Below, piece by piece: positions 15,341 to 27,945 of a stretch of DNA of 64,000 bases. This stretch comes from Octopus sinensis (taxonomy: Eukaryota), in NCBI RefSeq assembly GCF_006345805.1, contig NC_043006.1, positions 12,958,001 through 13,022,000 on the forward strand. The letters are read 5' to 3'. Position numbers and translations under genes: made by a program. The notes under the pieces were generated by a model. The model was given only the letters and a program-made list of their open reading frames with translations, did no database searches and was not told the origin of the DNA. Each line of letters opens with the position of its first letter. Position 1 is the stretch's first letter.

Positions 15341-15796
15341 TATATGAAAAAACAAGTAAAAAATAGAAAATGCTAAAATAATTTTATAGTGAACATTTCA
15401 GTACCGGTTTCGGTCATTTTGAGACCTTTTCAACTGTAACGATAAATAATTAAATTTAGAAAAATTAGAAGAAAAGTTTTTTTAAAAGAATATTTCTATA
15501 GTAGTTTCAGATTTAAGTGGCATCTGCCTTTCTCTGACTCCTTGTTGCACTTGTGGTTCGAGGCAAACTACCTCGAAACACACAGTGCAACAAGGGAGTC
15601 AGAGAAAGCAGAATGATGCCACTAAATCTGAACACTACTATAGAAATATTCTTTTAAAAAAACTTTTCTTCTAATTTTTCTAAATTTAATTATTTAATCG
15701 TTACAGTTGAAAAGGTCTCAAAATGACCGAAACCGGTACTGAAAGTTCACTATAAATTATTTTAGCATTTTCTATTTTTACTTGTTTTTTCATATA
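15341..15796. repeat. 456-bp near-perfect palindrome (foldback), arms ~225 bp, loop caaacta at 15564-15570
   Basis: The right arm is the reverse complement of the left arm with few mismatches or indels (e.g. cgagg-caaacta-cctcg at the centre; tatatgaaaaaacaag / cttgttttttcatata at the ends). Confidence 0.97.
15701..15744 (+). ncRNA. Minimal type-I hammerhead ribozyme-like motif, U3:A8 core variant (mirror copy on the minus strand at 15396-15439)
   Basis: Stem I ttacag/ctgaaa; core UUGAAAA at 15707-15713; stem II ggtc/gacc; GAAA; palindromic stem III accggt; GUA triplet with predicted cut 3' of 15738. Confidence 0.6.
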
Positions 15797-15827
15797 TATA
15801 TATATATATATATTAATATATATATAT

Positions 15828-15860
<33 letters not shown>

Positions 15861-16473
15861 TTAAATATTGTTTTGTTTTTCACATTTTTAGAAGAAGGCG
15901 TGTGTAATTCGATATCCTTTACATATTTTGCTAATGCACATTAGAGATAGATATGCACTTTACACCTACGCACATATACACACATATATACATATTTACA
16001 TGCACACGCGCGCATACAACCCTATGTGTGATTATGAGTATTTGTGAATATCAGCTTTACGATGCAAACCATGTAAGTAGATCTGCTTCTATTCAATCGT
16101 CTGACTGATAAACAAACTGGGCAAGCTGGAGTGATTCTCTCAGCACTTAACTATAATCATTTTATTGTATCTTCACCATGAAAACTGCGCAAAAGGAGAT
16201 CCAGCCCGCTCCCTTTAATTGATACATACACGGTAACTGCCAGGACAATTTAACGTTTCAGTTACTGCTACCTGATATGAGATGCTCAGGTTTCCAATAA
16301 TTAGATTTTTTTCTTAGAGCTATCACACACTAACATACTCCTAACTTCTGCAATCAATGGTCCTATGTATACACTACTGTAAGCATGTGAATTACAGTGT
16401 GACATGATTTTTGTCCTTGGGTAGCAAATGTTATTTGCCATTTGCTTACCCTTAGAAATTATGAAAAATGGCT

Positions 16474-16768
16474 ATATATTTCCTTCAAACTTTGCTTTTG
16501 TTACATTTATTCAAATCCTCAAAGAATCTGTCTCATCACATGGCTCCCCAACTAATCCTACTCATGATCAGAGATGCATATAATGTCATCCACTAAAGGC
16601 CATGCTCGGATGGTTAAGTAAATGACATGCAGAATATAGAGCAGAATATTTGCTATAACGATAGTTCTGCTTCAGTCACTCGGTGCTAAATTTATTTGAA
16701 ATGTAATGGAAAATAGTCGTTTCAAACCATTGATGTCCAGATAACAAAAGCAAAGTTTGGAGGAAATA
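16474..16768. mobile_element. MITE-like element with ~28-bp terminal inverted repeats
   Basis: tatttccttcaaactttgcttttgtta versus taacaaaagcaaagtttggaggaaata. Confidence 0.6.
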
Positions 16769-17259
16769 GTAGTGATTTCCTTTGATTCCTAGATAGAAGC
16801 AAATAGGAAAAAGTTTGCATCACATTTTTATTTTTTTTATTGTAATTACATATATATACTGTCATATTGTATAGCTTTATATCTATTGCTGTGTGTTGTT
16901 ATCCAATATTCTGATCTTATTGGCAACGACTGTGCTACTTTAATTTGTTCCACTAGTATGATACATAATCTAATTTATATATTATTTGCATACAATGACA
17001 ACATATTGAGTTGACCTGATATAACAATACTTAACTGTAATTCTATATAAAATAATTCCACTGTGAAATATATCATCTTCTTTGGAACAATTATATATTT
17101 GGGGCAATAATTAATTATCAATCATCTCAATTACCAAAGTGTTTGAGTTCGATACTCAATTTTCTCCAATTTGATTGACTGACATTGAATACAAGTACAA
17201 AACAGGAAATCAGATCTGTTTCTTTCCGAGCAATACATAAACATCTTTGTGTTTTTCAG

Positions 17260-17321
17260 AGGGTGAAATCGATATAGATGTAAAACCGGTCCAATGGACT
17301 ACTGCACTATATTCCGTGTGA
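17260..17321 (+). CDS. Candidate terminal coding exon (..GEIDIDVKPVQWTTALYSV*), unverified
   Basis: Strong acceptor ctttgtgtttttcag|a; only one frame runs more than 6 codons, ending in TGA. No protein recognised. Confidence 0.25.
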
Positions 17322-17683
17322 TATTTAGTAAATATCTTTATGGTGGGGGCTCCAATTTCATCGGTGTTCATGTTTGCCTTTCATCTCCCTTTGTTCAATA
17401 ATATAAGTAGTAGTAGATTACTTGAGTCGATTGAATCAAATTTAACCCTGCACTACAAATGTGTGACCTTTTCGCAAATATTAGAAACCAATGGCATCAT
17501 AGAAAAGAAAATGTTTGAGAAAACGCGACGTCTATTCATTTCTATCTACATCCAATAATATACAAAGGAACGTTGAACTTTACAACGCAGACATTTACGA
17601 GACATCAACATCATTTCGTTTTAAGACGAATAAGTTTCTACTTGGAGCTACTTCATAGACACTGCTGCTTCTACAACTACCGT

Positions 17684-17832
17684 TTCTTCTTCTTCTTCTT
17701 CTTCTTCTTCTTCTTCTTCTTCTTCTTCTTCTTCTTCTTCTTCTTCTTCTTCTCTTCTGCTTCTACTGTTAATGCTACTATTACTACCACCACTAATTCT
17801 ACCACCACCGCCGCTGCTGCTAGTGCTACTGT

Positions 17833-17874
<42 letters not shown>

Positions 17875-17918
17875 CACTACTAATTCTAGTACCACCGCCA
17901 CTACTGCTACTGCTGCTG

Positions 17919-17965
<47 letters not shown>
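17684..17965. repeat. (TTC)n followed by (CTA/CCA/CTG)n trinucleotide microsatellites
   Basis: Direct reading; source of the poly-F/T/L/V/K ORFs. Confidence 0.97.
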
Positions 17966-18304
17966 GATATATCATATGTATTTGACAGTTATAGCGTCAT
18001 TGGTTATGGTTTTCAAGTGCTGTCATTGGTTCTCTGTGTTTGTTACTAATATATTGGGCACCTGTGAAAGTTTGTATCTTCTCGTCGCCTGAGAAGGATC
18101 TTGTTACTGACTCTGGGAGTTTGCTTTTGATACTGAATATCTGTGTGTGAGTATCAATATATTAATACTTGTATAAGGATTTGAAAGAGATGAAGAGAGA
18201 GTGAGAGAGAAGGGAGACTCTAAATTCAAACCCTTGCTGTGATACGAACCCCTTTCTTTGGGAAAGAATATAAGATGAAATACACTGATATGAAACCTGA
18301 GATT

Positions 18305-18590
18305 CAGATGCAGTCCCATCGTCTTTTATAATTCTTTAACAAATATGATCGTTAACACATAGGATATCAAGAAGATTATGCGGTGTCTCAAACCTCTTGT
18401 AACCAGCAGATCTGATTTTATTCCCACTAGAAATCCGAAGAAAGGATGTTGCGAAATAACCGACATATTATGTCTCGTATTTCAATTCTTCCTCGCTTCA
18501 TTGTATTTCCAGACAATTTGAAGATCAGCTCTATGATTCCTACAAAGAAGAGAGTAACTCTAGATTTTATCAATCAAAATATTAAACTGA
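18305..18590 (+). mobile_element. Inverted fragment of a CR1/L2-like RT N-terminal region
   Basis: Translates (with a frameshift) as SDFIPTRNPKKGCCEITDILCLVFQ..FPDNLKISSMIP, resembling GPDGIP.R.LKEC..EI..L..FN.SL..G.FP..WK.A.V.P. Roughly 85% reverse-complement match by eye to 20215-20500. Confidence 0.7.
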
Positions 18591-18599
18591 AATCAAATG

Positions 18600-20500
18600 A
18601 GGACTGGATCGTATACATTTTTACAATTTCTGCAACTGCAAAAGTCTTAAAAGTTTTCTTTCGGACTATAGTGAATTGGTTAATCATATTCTGGGTGATA
18701 TTTGTCCAGCAAAGACAAGATTACTCTAGACTGAATAAGATTTGTGCTTTGCAAATGACACCTTCTTCCTTTTTGTTCATTTTGCCTGTAGTTTTACGTA
18801 GCACTCCAATCATTTATGCTGCTTTGTTACTAATTATAGAATTATGTTCTGCGCACTGTAGCCTGTTATTTATCAAGTTATGTCCAAGATTTTCAAGTTG
18901 CTGTTCGATAGGCAGCCTGCATTTCCCGACGTGCTATACACGGTTTGATAAGGCGGCGAGCTGGCAGAAACGTTAGCACGCTGGGCGAAATGCGTGGCGG
19001 TATTTCGTCTGCCGTTACTTTCTGAGTTCAAATTAAGCCTAGGTCGACTTTGCCATTCATCCTTTCGGGGTCGATAAATTAAGTACCAGTTACGGACTGG
19101 GGTCGATGTAATCGACTTAATACCTATGTCTGTCCTTGTTTGTCCCCTCTGTGTTTAGCCCCTTGTGGATAATAAAGAAATAGGTATTTCGTCTGCCGCT
19201 ACTTTCTGAGTTCAAATTCCGCCGAGGTCGACTTTGCCATTCATCCTTTCAGGGTCGATTAACTAAATACCAGTTACGCACTGAGGTCGATATAATCGAC
19301 TTAATCCGTCTGTCTGTCCTTGTTTGGCCTCTCTGTGTTTAGCCCCTTGTGGGTAGTAAAGAAATAGTTTGCCATTCATCCTTTCGGGGTCGATAAATTA
19401 AGTACCAGTTACGGACTGGGGTCGATGTAATCGACTTAATACCTATGTCTGTCCTTGTTTGTCCCCTCTGTGTTTAGCCCCTTGTGGATAATAAAGAAAT
19501 AGGTATTTCGTCTGCCGCTACTTTCTGAGTTCAAATTCCGCCGAGGTCGACTTTGCCATTCATCCTTTCAGGGTCGATTAACTAAATACCAGTTACGCAC
19601 TGAGGTCGATATAATCGACTTAATCCGTCTGTCTGTCCTTGTTTGGCCTCTCTGTGTTTAGCCCCTTGTGGGTAGTAAAGAAATATCTATATACGGTTTG
19701 ATGAGTTTCTTTTCTTTGATTCCTTGATAGAGCCGACGATTTACATTTTAAAAGTTCAGATATTAATTGAAGTGTTTGACTAGAATTACATCCTGAAAAG
19801 ATCGCTGTTTAAACTTCAGTCAAATTACTCTCCTTACTCGATATTTTTGGTCAAATTAGCTTGGAATCGTCCATATGGCGACACAACTTGTTTCACAGTT
19901 GTGTGTTACCAGGTCATCCACGAAGCTCTTAGTTGTTGTCTGTGTACTTTTTTGGGTTCGAGCTTGGTATTTACACCTTTATACTAGACTCCATAAGTAT
20001 GCCTATTTGATGTACAAGTGTCTAACATAATTTCTGGTTTGTGTCAGAGGAGCATTTCCTAGCAAGGAGAACAGAATGAGAGGAATTGTTGTGTTACGGT
20101 TTGTTCAGAATTAGAATAGTATTTTAGGAATGAGTTGGTTATTAAATAGCTTTTGAGATGTTTGTAGACTACTGACTCCACTAATTAGTTGATGGGACTA
20201 AATAGTGAAATTGATCGATATTTTGATGGATAAAATCTAGAGCTTTTCTCTTCTTTGTAGGAATCATAGAGCTGATCTTTAAATTGTCTGGAAATACAAT
20301 GAAGCGAGGAAGAATTGAAATAGGAAACATAATGGAACGGTCATTTCGCAACATCCTCTCTTCAAAATTCTGGTGGGAATAAAATCAGATCTGCTGGTTA
20401 TAAGAGGTTTAAGACACCGCATAATCTTTTCGGTATCCATTGTGTTAACGATCATGTATCATAGATTTGTATGAAAAGATGGGACTTATAACCATTTCAG
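18600..20500 (-). mobile_element. Decayed CR1/L2-like LINE RT, interrupted by a SINE multimer
   Basis: N-terminal RT motif at 20215-20400; DD-like motifs (FVDDL, HMDDSKL) near 19870-19940; C-terminal HNSIISNKAA*MIGVLRK..LE*SCLCWTNITQNMINQFTIVRKK at 18660-18860, resembling HI..I..KA.R.LG.LRR..LEY.S.VW.P.....I..LE.VQRRA. Confidence 0.7.
18952..19686 (+). mobile_element. Family A SINE multimer (one head, four body units, including an exact 319-bp tandem duplication)
   Basis: 16-bp TSD ctata(c/t)acggtttgat at 18934-18949 and 19687-19702; about 19049-19366 is repeated at about 19368-19685. Confidence 0.93.
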
Positions 20501-20582
20501 TAAACGTAACATAATATAACGATATATATATATATATATATACATTAAATTAGAGATAAAACCACTATTATGCAAATCAAAG

Positions 20583-20623
<41 letters not shown>

Positions 20624-20787
20624 AGAGTAAGATAGGGGTTATGGATGTAACCCACTATGGGATAGCATTTATCCAATATTGGTAAATTACCCAGATTCTT
20701 AATACTTAAAAGTTTTTAATTGCAGAGCAATTAACTCATTTATTGTATTAAACGAGTGAAGGTAAAGAAATATTTTTACCGTAAATT

Positions 20788-20980
20788 TATAATACAAATA
20801 AGAAAATGGAGAAGCAAATTTAGTTTATTCATCAACTTTCGGATATTATAATGCTCGATTATTTATTCATTTAACAAAATGAGAAGCTCAATAGCATATG
20901 AATAGATAATCCAACGTTATAATATCGGAAATTTGATGAACAAACTAAACTTGTTTCTCCATTTTCTTATTTGTATTATA
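20788..20980. repeat. Imperfect palindrome, arms ~83 bp, 27-nt loop
   Basis: tataatacaaataagaaaatggagaagc... versus ...gtttctccattttcttatttgtattata. Confidence 0.92.
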
Positions 20981-23376
20981 TGTGTGTATAATATATTTTA
21001 TATATATATTATATATATATATTATTATATATATATATATATATAATATATATATATATATATAATATATAATAACTCGATATATATTTCTACATATATA
21101 TACATATCTAAAAGATCGATATATATATATGTATACATATTTATATCGATTTACACAGCCCTTCCTCCCAAACTGCTTACCTTATCCCAAAATTAGAAAA
21201 AAATCAATAATCTTGATTTTACTACCGTTATTGTTGCTGTTGCTTGCAATAAGATATTTCACTTTACGCTGTCATAGCACTAGTTAAAATAGTAAACAGA
21301 ATTCGTCCAGGAAGTCTGTGTTCAAATCCTAATGCGGTCGACTTTGCCTTTCATCTTTCTGAGGTCGAAATTATAAATAGAGAGCTACGCTAAGGCGATG
21401 GATTGTTAGAATTATTACAGTTTTGAATGGGGCTCTTGTACAGTAGCTCCTCCGGTCGTTTGCGTCCTGAGTTCAAATTTCACTTAAGGATACAATTCCC
21501 TTCGATATACTCAGATACTGATCAATCGAAAACGGCAATACTATTGATTAGACAAGCTGCAATCAGTGGAGTATGTGATCGTCTGCTACAACAATTTCGC
21601 AGACGATAACGAATGCCTACAACATCGACGACGTTCATCAACATCAGGAAAATTAGCAGCAACAGCATTCTTATAATCATTATTTTCTTATTTTCGTCGT
21701 CGTCGTCTCTCCTTTTACCCCTCATTTTTTCTGTCTACAAAAGTGTTTTTATTTATTTATTCATTTATTTATTTGTTTCATTTACTTTTTATCAAAAAAG
21801 TATTTTCCTCACTCCTCTCTCTTTCTCTCCCTCTCGTACTTTCTGTATATAAAAATATATAAGCACACAAACATACACACGTATCTTTTGATCTTCACCC
21901 ACCTCTCTCTCTCTCTCTCTCTCTCGCTATTACACTCAGAGAGCAATTATTTGTTCATAACATTATTTGAAACGTTAGTGCTTAAATATTTAATCTTGTT
22001 ATTGTATCTTTTGTGTTATACATGTTAAAAAAAAAGAGAGCGTATAAATGTCAATAGTTATATAAACGAACACATAGCAAATACGACAACACACACGAAA
22101 AGAAAAAAGAATTCCATTCGAAATATATCGTATGTCTGTGTCTGTGCGCGCGAAGGTGTGTGCGTGTGTGTGCGTGAGGGTATATGTGCACGTCTGTGTG
22201 TGTGGATATGAGTCTTGGTGTGTATATGTGTGCGATTATATATATATATGAACTCAGACATAAAGGTACATAAGTATATACCTTTGAATACATACCCACC
22301 CATGTATATGTTTATGTATATATGCATGTATATATATATATGCGTGTGTCTGTATATATGCATGTATATCTCTCTATCGATGACGTCACGAACATATACA
22401 AACATATATATATGTATATATGTATATATATATATCACACACACACGCACACACGCATACACACACATATATAAATATATATTTATATATCGATATATAC
22501 ATATATACACACATATATATGTACTTATGTATGTAGATTTATACATGTAAACGCCCACATATCTTTGTATGTGTAGAAATATGTTTCCGCGTGTTTCTGT
22601 AGGTGTGTATATATAAAAGAGAGAGAGAGGGAGAGGTAGGGAGAGAATGATTGACAGACAAATGATTGAGTGAATGAGAGAAAGTTAGAGAGATGCATAC
22701 ATGCAGAGAGATAGATAAAGAGAGAGACAGACATACAGACAGAAAGAGAGAGAAAGTGAAATATATTTACATACATGTATGCATAACTATACACGAACAT
22801 ACATATACACACGTATACATACGATCATGCACACACAAAAACACAACCATACAGACACACACACAGATATATATATATATATATATATATATGCAGAGTT
22901 AAATGTATACACATGTACATACAGAAACACACATGTCGAATAAAATTATTCAATCTGCAGTAGCAATAAAACTTTAATAAAAACCAGTTATAATTTGTAA
23001 TAGTTCGGAGTCACTTATCAGATCTGGCTTCAGGCAAATTTTCCTCTGATATCGCCTTTTGTTTCCGTTTGTGTTTTAACCTCCATATTCTCTTACGCTC
23101 ACCTTATGATATGATGTGGCGCTTGATGGCGCCGGTGGAAGAGCGATATTACCGCAACAAATGCCGTCATTTTGTCGCAGAATCAATCGTTATTGGAAAT
23201 TGATAAGTTTGTAGCTGTATATCATTCGTTTCACAAATTCGCAAACATAATTGATTGTAATGTTATTAATGTTTGTTTTGTTTTTTACCAATTTTAAAAC
23301 ACCCAAAAATTTGGTAAACTTGGTAATGTTTCTGAATATATATTTGCATATGTGAATGTCGTGATGTATGTATATG

Positions 23377-23454
<78 letters not shown>

Positions 23455-23535
23455 CTATATATATATATATGCATATATATATATATGTATATGTATATAT
23501 ATATATATGTATAAGCATATATATATATAATATAT

Positions 23536-23568
<33 letters not shown>

Positions 23569-24929
23569 CATACATACATAGATGTATAGCTCTGTGTGTG
23601 TTTATGTGTGTGTGCGAGTGTATTTATATGTATGTGTATTTACGCACACACGCATATATATATATATATATATATGTTTGTATACATAGACACACACACA
23701 CACGCACAAACACACAGAAATACACACACACACACATATGTATATATATATGTGCATACTCAAAAAGTCTCTCATACACACGCACACATATACATGTATA
23801 TTAATGTTTGTTTTTAAGAGCTTATACAAAAATTTTTAACATTAAACTGTTGATTTATTTAATACTTTGTAGTAAAGTACATATTAATTAAGAATGCCAT
23901 ATAAAAGGCTGCCAGTGATATCGAAGTTACGACTTATCAACTGCCATCAGACATCTACTTTGACGGTTGGCAACCCGAAACTTCGAAGGACCCGCCACTC
24001 GGTTCATTTAAGAATTAAGTTATATATACATATATATAAGTAGATATGCGTACGCACACATATATACACATATCTCTATACATATGTATATACATACATA
24101 TATGCACGAGCTCGAATGTCTGTCTGTCTGTGTCTGTGTCTGTATACAAATGAAAATGCATACATACACAAGCTTGTGATCACTTAGGGACAAATGGACC
24201 TCTATTTCTTGTTAAAATCTGGGTGAGAGATAGATATGGCCCCGCTACCTCAGAGTCGTGCTATCTATCTAAAATAGGGAGGACTTTGAATTCAAATTCT
24301 TGCTGATCCTGCTCATCCTTGGAAGGTGGAGTAGAATATGGAATACTTTGACATAATATCTAGACATTTGGCATTGCCCGATTGTGTCACAACTTGCTGC
24401 CATCGGAGATATTTTGCCCTACTCAAAAATATGGATTGCAGTCGTGCAGTAATATATATATATATGGAAGATCCTGGACCGTCCAGCACTTAAATTTAGG
24501 ATTAAAAGCTGTGTCAACCACAGCTTCGAAAGCCACTGCAGCGTACCAGAGTACCAAAGCTTTCGCGCTCTCCATCGAAAGTAAACAAGTAGTGTAACAT
24601 CTTCGGCCTGAAAGAACTGCGACTTTCCAATACTTTCTCCAAACTCCTTAACGAAATGTTCATGCAAAAGTTATATACGCACATGATGTGTAAAAATCGT
24701 GATGTTCCGTAAAACAACACAGTAGCTATAGCCATTTACCAAATTTATGTAAACTTTCAATATTTAAAATTATTAACGAGATGTAATTAACAACTCATGT
24801 AAACAAGAAAATACCAATTTAATTGATGAACACATACAGTTATAAACATGAAAGAAAAAGAAATCAACAAAAGACAGTGTCCAAAAGTGATAGATAAGCT
24901 AGTTTGTAAGGGGTTTATGAGACTTTGCT

Positions 24930-25650
24930 TGAAATAACTTAGAAAAGCTGATGGCCCATGTCAAATGTTAGTATCAAGAATCTCCTCTGATGTTATATCA
25001 CGTGACACATCCACTATTGCCTGTCACAGTTCATTCTTGTTTCTAAACTGGCGCCCATTCTCGTAAACTCGTTGTTTTAGAATACTCCACATGTTTTCTA
25101 TTGGGTTCAAGTCCGGGGAACAAGCAGACAACTTCCTATTCCAAGGTCCTCAAAAGCCTGCTTCTTGCAGATACTTTGTAATTTACTTCGCTGAATGCAA
25201 GAGCAGATTATCTTGCATGAATATTATGGTTGTCTTGAAGGTGATCCTTTGCTTTTTTAACCAAGGGTCAAAGTGCTCCCTCAAGAAGGTTATGTAAACA
25301 TCCGCCATCATTTTAATACCGTTAGGTACTTTCCAAGTAATACCCAAATCTGATGCCTCCTCCCCCTTGTTGGTGTCTCAAGCGTTGATGATAATCTCGT
25401 CCATTTACACCACATCCCTGGCTCCAACGATCAGGTCTATCAAGGAGCGCACGAGTTTCGTCCGTAAACAAATCTTTTGAAAAAGACGACACTGGGTAGT
25501 TCTGGATACAGTTGTTTCGCCAATGTGCTTGAAAAGTACTCTACTTATAAGACCTGGGTCGTTTACGGTTAATTCGTGAGTGAGAACGTTGAGAAATATC
25601 CCTCGAGTTACACTTGTCGGCTCTCGTACGTATCTTCGTAGGAGCTGTAA
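24930..25650 (-). mobile_element. Decayed Tc1-superfamily transposase, DD37E (TRT-like)
   Basis: LFTDETRALLDRPDRWSQG..RHQQGGGG; FMQDN; CSPDLNPIENMWSILKQRVY. Manual count gives 37 residues between the second D (25210-25212) and E, with two in-frame stops. Confidence 0.88.
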
Positions 25651-26342
25651 CAAACTTTTTCACAGATTGGTGATATCTCCCAATTATTTTAATTGTTTCT
25701 AATGTTGATTTAACTTTCGCATGTTCAGAAGTAATAACAGATTTCTCTGAAGCACTTAGGTCGCATTACAACCCATAATTACACGATTATCAGACCACTC
25801 GATAATAACTTGGAACACTGAAAGTGTGTGGAAATCATGCAAATGGCCGCGGTTTGTTTATGCTTGCGAAAAACCTTACGTATTTTACACACCACGCGCA
25901 TATAACTATTGCCATCATTCCGTGGAAATTTCAATTGAAACGCAGTATATATATGCGTGTGTGTTTGTGCGTGTGTGTGTTTGTTTGTGTGTGTGTGTGT
26001 AAATATATGAATATATATATATATAAATATGTGTGTGCATAAAATGTATGTGTGCGTACATATATAGATATACAAATAATATAAATATTATATCTATAAA
26101 CATACATGCATGCATGTATGTATGTATGTATTAAATTGCGCCTACTTGAATTTTAAGATCTTTTCAAATGTGTAATTTGTATATATATCCACCTGATGGA
26201 AACGGTTTCTTTCGCATGACGCAAGGATTCTATTCATCAACAAAAAAAAAACACGTCTGAGTGAACCACACTCTATCTGTTGCTAATTGTTTATATACGT
26301 ATGTATGTATATATACGTGTGTGTGTGTGTATATACATACAC

Positions 26343-26377
<35 letters not shown>

Positions 26378-26400
26378 CATACATACATATATATAAAATT

Positions 26401-26677
26401 AGAAAAAAACCCACCTTTTATCAATTCAAAATGAATAATTAAATTACACCATCTAGAAAATTACATATAATAGAAAAGTTAAAATTAAAATAACAATTAA
26501 AAAGTAAAGATTAAGTAACTTACAAAAATTATAAAAATGTATATAATTATTTTTGTAATTTACTTAATCTTTACTTTTTAATTGTTATTTTAATTTTAAC
26601 TTTTCTATTATATGTAATTTTCTAGATGGTGTAATTTAATTATTCATTTTGAATTGATAAAAGGTGGGTTTTTTTCT
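26401..26677. repeat. 277-bp near-perfect AT-rich palindrome, arms ~129 bp
   Basis: agaaaaaaacccacctttta...ttacaaaaat versus atttttgtaa...aaaaggtgggtttttttct. Confidence 0.96.
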
Positions 26678-27714
26678 GATATTTCTTATATATTTATTAT
26701 CTTGTGTGGAATTTGATTTAGTATTTCTAAATTGAATTCTTTTTCCTTGTTAGTTTGGATTTTATTCCCTCAAATAATAATTATATATATATATATACAT
26801 AGATATATATACATATATATATATATAAACATACATACATATATACATATACATCTGGATATAAACAAATAACAATGGATGGAGTGCGGTTCATTCACTC
26901 TTACACACAGACACACACTCACGCATTCATATATACATGCATACACACAGGCGTACATACATGCACACATATTGCGGTGAGTCTTAGCTGCAAATCGATA
27001 ACGGTTCTCTCGTACTTATGAGACTTTTTCTTAGACTTGCATGCTATGTAGGTATGTCGTTGTACATATGTGTACGTGTAGTTATGTAGTTATATGCTGA
27101 TTCCGCCGTACAAATATGCTTGTGTGTGCAAAAGTGAGGAGACAAAGAGATAGAGAATGAGAAACAGACAGACAGACAGTTAGATTGTGGTAAATTTTAA
27201 ATATTAAATATACAAAATACGAAACGGTGTTTCGAGAGTGTCATTTTTAAAGGTTTCAACACATCACACCGAATCCGAAGGTCAATATAGATTTCTGAAT
27301 GTTTTTTAAGAGATGCATCTACTTATAGTGAGATATTGGAAATATTATAGATATTTGACTCTCTCCTGGTTTTCCTCTAGAATTTTTGCTGATCAAACAC
27401 TAAACTTCTACATCCTTCACTCCATTCCGACTCCACTTCTTCCTCTGTCTTTCCTTCAATGTCTTTTTTCCTCCTCAATCTCACTCTCTCTCTCTCGCTC
27501 GCTCCCTCTGCTTATGTCTCCTAATGTTCATGGAATAATATTTAATTACCTAACTCCATTCTGTGGGTGCTTTTCTTGTTTTCTTCTTCATAAACTGCAA
27601 AATTTTACTTATTACCAGCATCGACTTGAGCATCTTCGACTTCGTCGTCGTCGCAGTCATCATCGTCGCTCTCCACTTCCTCCTCCTCCTCATCATCATC
27701 ATCATCATTATTAT

Positions 27715-27945
27715 CATTAGGTTTGGTGGATAAGGTTTAGTCGATATTATCGACGCCAGTATTAAATCTACTCCCCTTCATCTTCCTCCTAATCATCATC
27801 ATCATCATCGCCATCATCATTATCATCATCACCTTCATCATCATCCTCATCATCATTATCCTCATCATCATCATCAGCAGCAGCAGCATTAGATTTGGTG
27901 GAGATGAGGTTCAGTCGATATTATGAATGCCAGTATTAATCCTGT
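27715..27945. repeat. Degenerate ~175-bp tandem duplication of a 55-bp motif plus (CAT)n
   Basis: attag.tttggtgga..aggtt.agtcgatattat...gccagtattaa at about 27716 and about 27888. Confidence 0.75.

Noticed and set aside
18446-18976. 176-aa plus-strand ORF as a gene
   Set aside because: It is a chimera of an inverted LINE fragment, antisense LINE sequence and a SINE head.
18952-19686. Regularly repeated ~180-bp units as a CRISPR-like array
   Set aside because: No unique spacers; the units are SINE bodies in eukaryotic DNA.
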